A DNA stretch of 62,707 nucleotides, taken from NCBI GenBank assembly GCA_048213135.1, contig PS015103.1:57856-120562 (forward strand), written 5' to 3'. The notes under the pieces were generated by a model. The model saw nothing but the letters and a program-made list of their open reading frames with translations. It was not told the DNA's origin and made no database searches. Positions 37,603-48,751 of the stretch are shown piece by piece. The first letter of the stretch is position 1. The number at the start of each line of letters is the position of its first letter. The position numbers and the translations under genes are program-made. Source of the stretch: Reclinomonas americana ATCC 50394 (taxonomy: Eukaryota).

Positions 37603-38351
37603 GACGTACGACGACGTACGTACGTACGTACGTACGTCCGTCGTCCGTTCGTTCGTACGTACGTACCGTACCGTACCGTACCGTACCGTNNNNNNNNNNN
37701 NNNNNNNNNNNNNNNNNNNNNNNNNNNNNNNNNNNNNNNNNNNNNNNNNNNNNNNNNNNNNNNNNNNNNNNNNNNNNNNNNNNNNNNNNNNNNNNNNNNN
37801 NNNNNNNNNNNNNNNNNNNNNNNNNNNNNNNNNNNNNNNNNNNNNNNNNNNNNNNNNNNNNNNNNNNNNNNNNNNNNNNNNNNNNNNNNNNNNNNNNNNN
37901 NNNNNNNNNNNNNNNNNNNNNNNNNNNNNNNNNNNNNNNNNNNNNNNNNNNNNNNNNNNNNNNNNNNNNNNNNNNNNNNNNNNNNNNNNNNNNNNNGACA
38001 GAGAGAGAGAGAGGGGAGAGCGATGGAAGAGATGCGACTGAACGCACATATTTGCCTGCGCCCTTTCTGCATTCACGCAGCTCCTCCAGAGAGAGAGAGA
38101 GAGAGAGCGATGGAGTGAAGAGACGCGGTGATGAAGCAGAGAACTCCGTTCGCTTTTGTCTTCTTGTTCCCCGTCGCTGTGCAAGACAGCGAGGTGATTG
38201 TATGCTGTTCTTATATTTCTCGCTTGATGTGTGTTTGTGCGTGTGTGTGCGTGTGTGTGTGTATGTGTGTGCGCGCGCGAAGAGGAGATGCGACAGAACG
38301 CACATATTTGCCTGCGCCCTTTCTGAATTCACGCAGCTCCTGCAGAGAGAA

Positions 38352-38382
<31 letters not shown>

Positions 38383-39072
38383 AAGAAGTCGCGGGGTTAG
38401 AGGGAGTCGGCAATGCTCTTCTGCCTCTGTTCATCTCTTCCCTCATCGCTGTGTGCCTGTGGTGTCGACGAATGACACTCTTCCTTCGCTGTTTCTCTCC
38501 CTTGCCAAAGCGATAGCTGCGTGCCTCAGTGACGATTTTCTTTCTGTCGTTGCCTTTGAGGAGTCCGTGAGAGCACAGAGCTGTTTCCACACGTTTAGCC
38601 GGAGCGAGGGAGAGAGATGAAATGCACAGTAATACTAAGTTCAGTCACTCCATCTCTTTTATCCTGTGACATGGGGAGTGGTAAGTGTGCCTCGTTGGCA
38701 CTCTTCTCTCTCCGTCTTGTCTTTGCCTCTGAGAATGTGGAAGATTAGACTGTGAAAGCAAGCATGTGTTGTTGCATTCTTTCACGACGGACACAGAGAA
38801 AGAGAGCGAGGGAGTTTTCGTTTCTTTTTGCAAAAATGTGCTGCTAACAACTTTGCGACATCAGTGCCCGGTGTCGTCACGTCGTCCACAACCGTGGCTG
38901 GTGCTGGCGCCTCGTCGTCTTCAACTCCGGCAGCAGCGACGACAGCCGCAGCTCCTGTCACTCTCCGTTGCGTACCAACTCCTCCTTCAATCCCTCCTCG
39001 CTTCCACAGACCACTCACAGTTTGCCAACAGCGCCCGACTACGAGCCGGTGGGCAGCTTGGACGACGAGTAG
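34084..39072 (+). CDS. PUF60: Poly(U)-binding splicing factor PUF60-like: RS-rich N-terminus, RRM1, RRM2 and a UHM-type RRM3
   Basis: RVYIGNM..DPSTYRHKGWCFVEY..MGGRNLRVGRP; RLYVGSI..NPETKTHKGYAFVEY..LGGRQLKVG; LILRNML..DLESEVLSEAVKFG..HGRVFGGHKV. Last exons are 38865-38966 and 39031-39072 (TAG). One apparent frameshift near 35575, beside a gap. Confidence 0.85.
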
Positions 39073-39233
39073 TAAACATGCCGAGTAGATGATTTACACA
39101 ACAACATCGTTGTTCATTGTCACAGCATTCTACACGCCCTCCCTTGATGGCAATGCCACTCTCCACTCTCTCCGTGCGACCCAGCCCGTCCACTCTCCGT
39201 GGGAAGGGTACGGCGTGGACGGGCTGTGATGGG

Positions 39234-39310
39234 TCGCCATTGTGTCAGGCACCAGCCAGTGCACACCAAAACAGGGGGGTGGCCTTTGCGGCTGAGCCTT
39301 CATACGCGAG
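39234..39310 (-). promoter_or_regulatory. Eukaryotic SECIS element in the 3' UTR of the selenoprotein gene
   Basis: Minus strand reads tcgcgt-ATGAA-ggctcagccgc-AAA-ggccacccccctgttttggtgtgcact-ggctggtgcc-TGAC-acaatggcga. It shows the AUGA/GA quartet, helix II (ggc.cagcc pairing ggctg.gcc), unpaired AAA 11 nt above the quartet, a possible apical mini-helix (cacc/ggtg) and a lower helix tcgc/gcga. Confidence 0.8.
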
Positions 39311-39388
39311 AGAGACAGAGAGCGAAATGTACACCAGGGCGGGCGGAGGAATGCCAGTGAGTGTGTGTGGCGATGACTGCGGAGATCG

Positions 39389-41037
39389 TTAGATCAGCAT
39401 CACCACTGTGGCAAACGCCACAGCAATGGCCGAGGACACCGCAAAGACGTAGTTGGTCTCGCGGCGCTTCTGGTCACGGAATTCGCGCATGTGGCGCGGC
39501 ATCGGTTTCTTCCCAGTACCCTGTGTTTTTTTAGGGGGGAGGTGAGGTGCGGTGTATGTTGCTTTCCATGTATTGTAGAGACGCAACGTCGGGGTTCCAT
39601 TGCTGGAAAGAGGAGAGGGGGTGATTGTGAGCGACAGTATCAACAAAATGAGATCGTCAAGTAAAACACACGCTCACCCCGCGGTAAATCATGCCTCATT
39701 GGCCCTTCTGACCCATCCAGAACACGGTGAATCCAGAGCCAAACGTCTGCAAGGAGGATGAGTGCCAACAACTCACTTCAACTCTTGCAGCGACACATAA
39801 CGCAACGAAAAAGAGCGCAGCGCCGCGCCACCACAGCTCGCGCTGTCCGTGCCACAGGTACGACATGTAGAGCGAGGTCAGCACCAGCGCGATGCCGGCG
39901 TAGAAACGGATCTTGCGGTCGGTGGAGCAGGTGATGTAGCCGCGCTGCGGGGGAGGAGGAGAAAGGGTGAGGACGAAGGGCGAGGAGAAGGAAGGAGTGA
40001 GGGAGAAGGGAGGATGAAGGAGTTGGGGGAGTGAGGGAGAAGGTGTAGGAGTGAGGAAGCAGTCGGAAGGGCAAGGAAGGAGGATGAAGGAGTTGGGGGA
40101 GTGAGGGAGAACGGAAGAGCGAAGGAGAAGGGACGGGTGAGGGAGACGGGAGAAGTGAAGGAGAAGCGCAGTGGGAGGACAATGGGAACGGGCGAGACAA
40201 GAGTACAGTGGATGAGAGGAAGGGCAGAAAATGCGACAAGTGCAAGCATGCGAGTGCACAGCCAGTCACAATCAACAGCCAATAGACAGAGTTCAGCATG
40301 GCAAGAGGAGATATTGTCGCAGAACGCAAGGTGATAACAGAAAAGACTGCACGTCGATGACGGTCACGAACGAGGAGACAGTACAGGATCAAGGGAGGAC
40401 GATGCAACAGGGTGCAAAGGCACAAGAGAAGAGCACCGCATGCCATTTGTCAATCACATGCAGAGAAGGTGACACGAGAAGAAGAAGAAGAAGAAGAGGA
40501 GACACTGCACGGAGAAATTACAAGCAAACAATGCAAGCAATCAATCAATCACGCAAAGAGAGAGAGAGAGAGAGAGAGTAAGGCACATGCACGCAAGGAG
40601 AACAGTGTCTCTCTTGTTTATGACTCTCTCTTGTGTGTGCAAGTGTGTATGTGTGAAAGAGAGAGAGTGAGTGAGAAAGTGAGTGAGAGAGCGAGTGAGA
40701 GAGAAGAACAGTGTCTCTCTCGCCGTCTTTATGACTCTCTCTCTCTTGTGTGAGTGAGTGTGTGTGTGAGTGTGAGAGAGAGGCAAACACGCAAGACTCT
40801 CTCACCCTCTTTATGACTCTCTCTCTCTCTCTAGTGTGTGAGAGTTTGAGAGAGGCAGACACATTGGAAGAACAGTGTCTCTCTCGCCCTCTTTGTGACT
40901 CTCTCTCTCTCTCTCTCTCGCGTGTGTGAGAGAGAGAGACAGAGAGCTGCACACAAATCACTCTCATTCATTCACTGCACCTTGAGGTTATACTCGGGAG
41001 TATCCGGCACATCTGCCGCATCCACAGCACCACTCAT
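39389..41037 (-). CDS. Small multi-pass membrane selenoprotein (MSP-like), 136 aa, with Sec82 encoded by in-frame TGA
   Basis: Exons 41037-40981, 39944-39807, 39746-39678, 39602-39588 and 39520-39389, all GT-AG and phase 0, give MSGAVDAADVPDTPEYNLK RGYITCSTDRKIRFYAGIALVLTSLYMSYLWHGQRELWWRGAALFF TFGSGFTVFWMGQKGQ-U-GMIYRG QWNPD GTGKKPMPRHMREFRDQKRRETNYVFAVSSAIAVAFATVVMLI*. TGA at 39698-39696; SECIS downstream. Confidence 0.8.
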
Positions 41038-41124
41038 CGTGTAACGCGCGCTCTCCCAGCACACACAACGACGGAAACAAACAGGAAGAGGACGAGAGGA
41101 CACACAACAATCAACCATTTATTC

Positions 41125-42937
41125 ATGTTTTCTCGCGGCGCTCTTCATTGCCGTCGGCTTTTGTCGACGTTTTCGGCAAAGGGGATCCGAGTGCCCACTG
41201 CTGGTTTCATTGCCATTGGCAATGAGGTGCTCACTGGCAAAGTGCACGATGTGAATACGTTTAATCTCGCAAAGTGTGCGTGTTCTCTCTCTGTGTGTGT
41301 ATGAGAGAGAGAGAGAGAGAGAGAGATGGGAAGGGCAAGGAGCTGTCTTTGGTTGTCGCTGTTGCATTCTTCCGCCTATCATTCATCAATCTTTGCTTGT
41401 TCGTGTTTCTATTCGTCTCCTCCTCTTTCTGCACTGTCTTCTTGATCTTCCAGTCTGCTTTATTCTCCTCCTCTTCCTCCTCCTCCTCCTCCTCCTTCTC
41501 CTCCTCCTCCCATCTTTATTGTTCCTCTCTTTCTTTTATATCATCGTTGTCTTCTTCTTCTCCTCCACCTCCTGCTCCTCCTTCTTCTCTTTCCCCTCCT
41601 CTTCCTCCTCCTCCTCTTCTTCTTCTTGATCTTCTTCCTGATCTTCTTCTTCATCTTCATCTTCTTCTCCTCCTCCTCCTCCAATCTTCATTGTTCCTCT
41701 CTTTCTTCTATATCATCGTTGTCTTCTTCTTCTCCTCCTCCTCCTCCTGCTCCTCTTTCTTCTCTTTCCCCTCCTCTTCATCCTCCTCCTCTTCTTCTTG
41801 ATCTTCTTCCTGATCTTCTTCCTGATCTTCATCTTCTTCTGCTCCTCCTCCAATCCTCATTGTTCTCCTTGTACTCCACCATCGTTGTTGTTCCTCTTCT
41901 TGTTCCTGTTCGTGTTCTTGTTTGTGTTCTTGTTCTTCTGCTGCTCCTCCTCCACCACCACCACCACCTCCTCCGCCCCCTGCTTCCTCCTCCTCCTATT
42001 CTTCTTCTTCTTCTTCTCTTCACTCATCTCCCTTCGCCCTTCCATCCCTTCCCTCCCTTCCTTCTCTTCTCCCTTCCCTTCCCCCTCCCTCTCAGTCCTC
42101 TTCAAGCAAGGCGTCGACCTCCGCCGCGTCTCCGTCATCCCCGACGACCGCGCCGACATTGTGGACACGGCGAGGCGATTCAGCGAGCGCTTCGACTTTG
42201 TGTTCACCTCCGGAGGCATTGGACCCACTCATGATGGTCTGTTCTTCTCTCTCTCTCCCTCTCTGCCAAGTGTGTGTCGCCCGGCTCTCATATGCGCAAA
42301 AAGACATTACGTACGAGTCGCTGGCGGCGGCATTCGACGTGCGGCTCGCCTACGACGATCGCGTTCTGCGGAAAATGGAGCACTACTACAAGCCGCGGAA
42401 GATCGACGTGTACAGCAACCTGAACGTGAAGCGCATGGCGTTGCTGCCGATTGGCTGCGAGATTCTGTGGACGGAGGACTTGTGGGTGCCACTGTGTGTG
42501 GTCAACCGGAACGTGCACATTCTGCCCGGCATCCCCTCGCTGTTCATGCGCATGATTGAGGCGCAGGCGGAGCGCTTCGTCGGGCCACCCAAGACGCGCC
42601 AGCTGCTGTACACGTTGAGTCGGGAGTCGGCGATTGCCGATGCGTTGCGCGAGGCCGAGGCCAAGTTTGATGTGGCGGTCGGTGAGTGGGGACAGAAGGG
42701 GGGAGAAGGGGGCGTTGCAGGGCGAGGTGGTGAATGACTCGGCGGGGTGCAGGCTCCTATCCAAAGTACGGCGACCCGGCGCAGTTTGGCTACGCGGTGA
42801 TGGTGTCGGTGGAGAGCATTCACGAAAAGGCTGTGCGCGATGCCGTCTCGTACATTCGCAAGAAGAACCCGGATCTGACGCCGGAGATGCCGTTGCCAGT
42901 GCCCACGGCGGCGGCGGCGGCAGGAGCGGCAGCATGA
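41125..42937 (+). CDS. Molybdopterin-binding (MoCF_biosynth/CinA-like) domain protein, FAD diphosphatase / FAD-synthase MPTb-like, with a probable mitochondrial presequence
   Basis: Exons 41125-41275, 42096-42236, 42304-42681 and 42753-42937 give MFSRGALHCRRLLSTFSAK..GFIAIGNEVLTGKVHDVN..VFTSGGIGPTHDDITYESLAAAF..ILPGIPSLF..ESAIADAL..VGSYP. Confidence 0.88.
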
Positions 42938-43667
42938 GTGCGCACGTGATGATCAGCAGGTCAGCGGGAAATATAGTGCCGCAGGTGATTCTGTTTATGT
43001 GTACACTGCAACAGCACATGACGAGTCGGCACAACAGTGTGGCAGCGATCTTTCACAGCAAGGCAGTCTTCAACACTTGCTGGCAGGTCGCCTTCAACCC
43101 GCAGTCTTCTTGGTCGGGGCTGCCGCAGTGTTGACAACAGTGCCAGCAACAACTACAACAGCAACTGCGCCTACCACCTGCTCCCGCCACCATCGATATG
43201 AGCCTCATCAACAACATGACAAGCTCTCTGTTTCAACCTCACCACACCACCACTGCTTTGCTTTGCTTGCTTCTCGGATCCGGACCCGGCTGTGCTCTGT
43301 TTGCCTGGCTATGGCCTTTCCCCGAATTCGATGTGCCGTGTACGATCGCAGAAAACGCTGTGCGTCTTATGCAAGTGCGTCAAATCCACTGGTCAACCAC
43401 GCTTAAGATACGCGGTGAAGATCGCAGTTCTCGACTTGTTCGGAGCTCCGAGAGCGAACACACACACACACGGAACCTGCTGCTGCCTCAAGATTGGTGT
43501 ACATGTCTGTGTTGATGTTTTGGATACGCTGCGGTTGAACTTGGGCATCAAGCCAGCTGTTGCTTGTCTCAACAGGAAAGAAAGTGAAAAACAAGAGGAG
43601 TGTGTAAGACTCCGATCGTATTTTCACTTTATGAAACCATGATATTCCAACAGTGGAAATCTGGATT

Positions 43668-43915
43668 TCGATGCAATTCGAATTGCATTCCTTGTCTCGC
43701 GATCACAGAAAGCTCACATGACCAAGACCTGAATAGAGAACATACACAAGCAGCTATCGATAATGTTGTTGTTGTTGTTGTCGTTGTTGTTGTTGCATGA
43801 ATTGTTGTTGCGGTGAACGTCGATGCAATTCGAATTGCATTCCTTGTCTCGCGATCGCAGAAAGCTCACGTGACGGAGAACTGAAAAGAGAACATACAAC
43901 AGCAGCTATCGATAA
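43668..43915. repeat. Two direct copies of a ~95-bp unit, each containing the perfect 18-bp palindrome ATGCAATTCGAATTGCAT
   Basis: Palindromes at 43671-43688 and 43823-43840; flanks nearly identical (ccttgtctcgcgatc.cagaaagctcac...cagctatcgataat). Confidence 0.9.
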
Positions 43916-44012
43916 TTGCAAGACGAGCTTTACGCACACAGATGCACAATATCACATCGACGTCGCGTAACAACTGCCGTCCGTTGAGGACGACCAGTAT
44001 TTCCTTCCCCTC

Positions 44013-47000
44013 ATGAGCGACGCAGACGACTTCCCCGTGCAAATCGCACGTGCCTCCTCCCTGCGCGCGACAGCTGCAGAGGGCGATCAGCCACAAGCAG
44101 GAGGAGGAGCAGGAGGGGAAGAGGAGTTCCCTCCACTGATGTTCTATGGATGGGGATTGGACTTTTTGCAGTCGACCGAGCTGCGAGAGCAGGTCGAGGA
44201 GCAGGAGCAGGAGGAGGAAGAGAGGAAGTTGGGTGGATATTGTCATCATAATGGGAGAAGATGAAGGGATGAATGCCAGTCAGTCAGTCTCTCTCTGTCT
44301 CTCAGATTCGTTGTCTCTCTGCCTCTCAGTCTCTCTCTGCCTCTCAGTCTCCCTGTCTCTCTGTGTCTCTCAGTCTCTCTCAGTCTCTCAGTCTCTCAGT
44401 CTCCCTGTCTCTCTGTGTCTCAGTCTCAGTCTCTCTGCCTCACTGCCTCTCTGCCTCTCGTCTCTCTGTCTCTCAGATTCGTTGTCTCTCTGCCTCTCAG
44501 TTTCTCTCAGCCTCTCAGTCTCTCAGTCACTCAGTCTCGCAGCCCCTGAGTCTCTAAGTCTTCCTCTCCCTGTCTCTCTGTGTCTCTCAGTCTCTCTGTT
44601 GCTCCATCTCTCAGCCTCTCAGCCTCCCTGTCTCTCCTGTCTCTTGTCTCCCTCCCTATCCCTTTCCTTCCCTCTCCTCCCTCCTTTTCTCCATTCCCAC
44701 CTCCTCCCATCTCCTTCATTTCCTTCTCCCTTTTCCTTTCCTTCCCCCTTCTCCCTTCTCCCCTCCCTTTCCCTCACCCTTGCCCTTCTCCCTGCTCAGC
44801 ACCCTGGACATCCTCAACGACTTCCTCGGCGACTACACCGGAGTCGTGCAGGTCGCCTGCGGCGACACCCACCTCCTCTTCCTCACCGGCACGGGCGAGG
44901 TGTTCGCCGTCGGCTCAGGCGCGCATGGCAAGTGCGGTCAGGGCGACGCCAGCGATCAGTACTCTCCCGTGCAAGTGGAAGGCCTGCCGGAGGAGACGCC
45001 GGTGCTGTTTGTGGCCGCCGGCAAGGACTCCTCACTCTGCATCACTGCCGAGTTGCGTGTGGACGAGGGCGCGCGGCAGCGAGGCGACGACGCTCCCACA
45101 CTCTCACTCACTCCTTCGCTTTCTTGCAGTTTCCGCGTGTGGGGTTGGGGACGTGGTGTGTCTGGTGAACTCGGGCACGGCAGATCGGGATCCGAGCTGA
45201 CGCCGGTGCCAATGGCATTTGCACACGGTGGGCGCGTGTATGAGTGTGCGCTGGGAGAGTGCCACGGTGCCATGCAGATTGGTGCGTGCTCTAATATTCT
45301 CAATTCGTACGAGCGCTGGCGGAGGACTAATGTGCATTGAGTGCAGAGACGGGAGAAATGTACACGTTTGGCGACAACACGCGCAGTGCACTGGGCATTG
45401 GCGAGGCCGAGTGCCATCTGGCGCCGCGCTTCGTGCCCGACTTGCTCGGCCTGTGCATGTCGGGCATGGCCTGCGGACCGCACGTCACGGCAGCCATTTC
45501 TGATCAGGGCGCACTCTACGTGTGGGGCGACAACACCTACGGCCAGCTCGGACTCGGGCACACCAAGCGAGTACCGCGTGCCACTCACCTCGACGTGGGC
45601 GACGCAGTGACCATGGTGGCATTTGGCGTAGGGCACATGGTGGTGCTGACGAGTTGCGTGGAGAGCAGCGGCGTCCCTCATTTGTTCAAGTCCATGCTCC
45701 AGCACATTCTCGTCCAGCATCTCCAGTCTCATTCTCTTCTCTCTCGAGTTTATTCCTCAATACCGCCATGTGCACCACTCTCTCTCCCTCTTCGTCTGCA
45801 TGTCTCGTCATCTTGTTTCAACTCATCCTTCCTCCACGCCCACTTCTCTCTCCTCTGCTTTCCCGCTGCTTTCATTCTCATTCTCACCCCTCTGCCGCTC
45901 TGCCATGTCCATACTCCTCCTTTCTTCTCCTCTCCCTTCCCTTCTTCGTCTTCATGTCGTGCCATGTTTTCGGCCGAGCCTCCTTACTGTCCACTCTTCT
46001 CGCCGCTGCGATCCCCGTTGTGTTCCATCATTCTTTCCATTGTCATGTTGTTTTCAATACCGCCGCTCAGCCATGTCCATGCTCCTCCTTTTCTTCTTCT
46101 CTCCCTCCTCGTCTTCGTCTGCGTGTTGTGCCACCACGTCCACTTATCTCTCCTCGGCTTTCATTCTCGTTGTCCTCTCGCTCGAGTTTATTCTTCAATA
46201 CCGCCATCCATACTCCCTTTCTTCTCCTCTCCCTTCCCTTCTTCGTCTTCATGTCGTGCCATGTTTTTCGGCCCAGCCTCCTAACAATGTCCACTCTTCT
46301 CACCGCTGCAATCCCTGTTGTGTTCTATCATTCTTTCCCTTGTCAAGTTGTTTTCAATACCGCCGCTCAGCCATGTCCATGCTCCTCCTTTCTTCTCCTC
46401 TCCTTCCCTCCCCTTCTTCGTCTTCATGTCGTGCCATGTTTTTCGGCCCAGCCCACCACCACGTCCATTTATCTCTCCTCTGCTTTCATTCTCGATGTCC
46501 TCTCACTCGAGTTTATTCTTCAATACCGCCATCCATACTCTTTTGCTTCCCCCGCTCTCTCCCCTTCTTCGTCTGCATATCCTCGCCTTGTTTCGACCCA
46601 GCCTCCCACCAACTTCACTCTCCTCTCCTCTGCACACTCTTCATTCGTTTGCACTCGCAGTACTCTCACATCCAACATCACCCGGTCGCACACGACCTTC
46701 TCATTCCCTCTCGCCACCAACCACGGCCATTCCTCTCTCCTCTGCACTCCTTGTTTGATGTTTCTTATTCTCGTCAACCGTTTCCTGCTCGTGCATTTTC
46801 TTCTGCCTCTCGAGTTGTTTTCAATACCGCCGCGACCATGTCCATACTCCTCTCTTTCTCGCTCTTCTTCTCGTTTTTCGTCTGCATTTCCCGTGTAGTT
46901 TCACCCAGCCGCTCAACAACCGCCACTCTTCTCCCCCTTCATTCCTTCCCTCCCTCTGGATTTGTTCAATACCGCCGCGACCATGTCCATACTCCTCCCT

Positions 47001-48751
47001 TTCTCGCTCTTCTTCTTGTTTTCGTCTGCATTTCCCGTGTAGTTTCACCCAGCCGCCCAACAACCTCCACTCTTGTCTCTCCTTCTATCCTTCTCCCTTC
47101 ATTCCTTCTCCCCTCTGGATTTGTTTTTCAATACCGCGACCATGTCCATACTCCTCCCTTCCTTCCCCCCCTCATTATCTGCATGTCTCGTCATCTGGTG
47201 TCGACTCATCCCCCACCACGTCCACTTGCCTCTCCTCTGCTTTCTCGCTGCTTTCCATACCGCCGCGACCATGCCCCCACTACTCTATATCTTCCCCTCC
47301 TTTCGCTCTTCCCCCCTCCTTTCCCCTTCCACCTCCCCCCCTCTTTGCCTCACCCATCCCCCTCTATATAGAGAGCGGCGACGTCTACTGCTCCGGCCTC
47401 AACCTCAGCGGCCAGCTGGGACATGTCACCCCCGCCGACGCCAAACGCCGCCACCACTCGTACCGCCTGCAGCACGTCGAGTCGCTACCGGCGCCGGCTG
47501 TACGAATTGGTGCCGCCGCCTCCTACACCTGCGCTCTGCTCGACGACCAGCGCCTCTTCCTGTGGGGTCGCCATCCCTCCACGCAACAGGCAAGTAGAAG
47601 ACTTTCGCTGTATTCTCACGCCGTCTTCTCACACTCTTTGCCTTTTTCATCTGTCCCCCCTCTAAAACACAGGTCTTTGATCAACCCGTGTGCATCAGCG
47701 GTCGTCATGCAGTGCAGAACTTTGGCTGCGGCGGTTCGCACCTAATCTACGCTGTCTACGCGCAGCAGCCGGATCGCAGCGATGTGCAGGTGCGTCACCA
47801 GACACACACATGGGTCTCTCTCTCTCTGTGCATGTGTGTGTGCGTGGGAGGGAGGGCGTAGAGCTCGTCTGCACGAGGCAAAGTGTTTCCTTTGGTGGTT
47901 TTTCGTCGGTACGGTTTCTCCATTTGCAGAGCACGCGCTCCGCTTGTCGTTGTTTCCTCCGCAGTCTGCAACGCGAAGTTCTTTGTGTGTACACGCACGC
48001 ACTCTCTCTTCTGCATGTCTCTCTCTCTCTCTCTCTCTCTTGCGTGTCTCTCGCTGTGTGAGTGAGTCATGTCCAGTACTCTCTCGTCTTGGCACCTCAT
48101 TACGCTGTTTCATCATGATTACGAAACACGTATTGGTGCCCTTCTCTCCGTCGCAATATGCGCTATATGCGGATCGCATGTCTCCTCTCTTCCCTCGCGT
48201 TGCATGCGCGTGTGTGTGTGTGTTGCTGTTGTGCTTGTTTTTGGCGAAACATGCAACCATGACTCTTCTGGGAAAAATGACCGTTGAACGTGCGCGAGTG
48301 ATACGACTCGTTCGCACCTTCTCTCTCTCACACACACGCACGCTCCTTCTTCTCGCACGCTTCTCACCTCCGTGTGTGCATCTGTGCTCTCCACGTGCGC
48401 TCTCCACTGCGTGTGTCTGATGTGATTGCCGCCGCCGGTATCGTGCAATACCAAAGCGCATTTTCCTCTCACTCTTCTCACACACACACGCTCTCGCAGT
48501 CTGCGTTTGTGCGCCTGCCAGTCGCAGCATCCACGGCCAAGTCACTGGCCAGACACACGACTGCGCACGTGGAGGCCGAAGAAGAGACGCAGCAGCAGCA
48601 GCAGCAGCAGGAGGATGTTGATGATGAGTCAGTACCGGCAGCAGCTGTGCCGGCATTCCGGTCGCCGGTGCCGCCCTCCTCTGACTCACCACCGCCACTG
48701 GTGGCCAGTCGAACAGGTAGTCGTGCTGGCAGTCGGCGCAGTGGTACGTAA
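44013..48751 (+). CDS. RCC1-repeat (RCC1/UVR8/HERC-like beta-propeller) protein
   Basis: VVQVACGDTHLLFLT..VFAVGSGAHGKCG, VWGWGRGVSGELGHG, MYTFGDNTRSALG, LYVWGDNTYGQLGLG, VYCSGLNLSGQLG. Exons 44013-44227, 44800-45051, 45130-45281, 45347-45652, 47372-47589, 47673-47789 and 48500-48751. Confidence 0.88.
45740..47290. repeat. Intronic degenerate tandem repeats (core tcaataccgcc...ccatgtccatactcctc) inside the RCC1-repeat gene
   Basis: The motif recurs about 9-10 times within the 1.7-kb intron 45653-47371. Confidence 0.85.

Noticed and set aside
37600-37690. (TACG)n / (GTACC)n runs next to gaps, also at 24145-24310
   Set aside because: They follow long (GA)n tracts, abut N-gaps and mirror the TACG pyrosequencing flow order, so they are most likely read-end noise.
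39696-39698. Genome-wide UGA-to-Trp reassignment as the explanation of the in-frame TGA
   Set aside because: Other genes end in TGA (12541, 18032, 27307, 42937), Trp is TGG in the exons read, and a SECIS is present for this gene.
39678-39746. Alternative open frame of this exon (VWLWIHRVLDGSEGPMRHDLPR) that avoids the TGA
   Set aside because: It needs a phase-1 upstream donor, loses the hydrophobic helices and the WNPDG motif, and leaves the SECIS unexplained; it is not fully excluded without cDNA.
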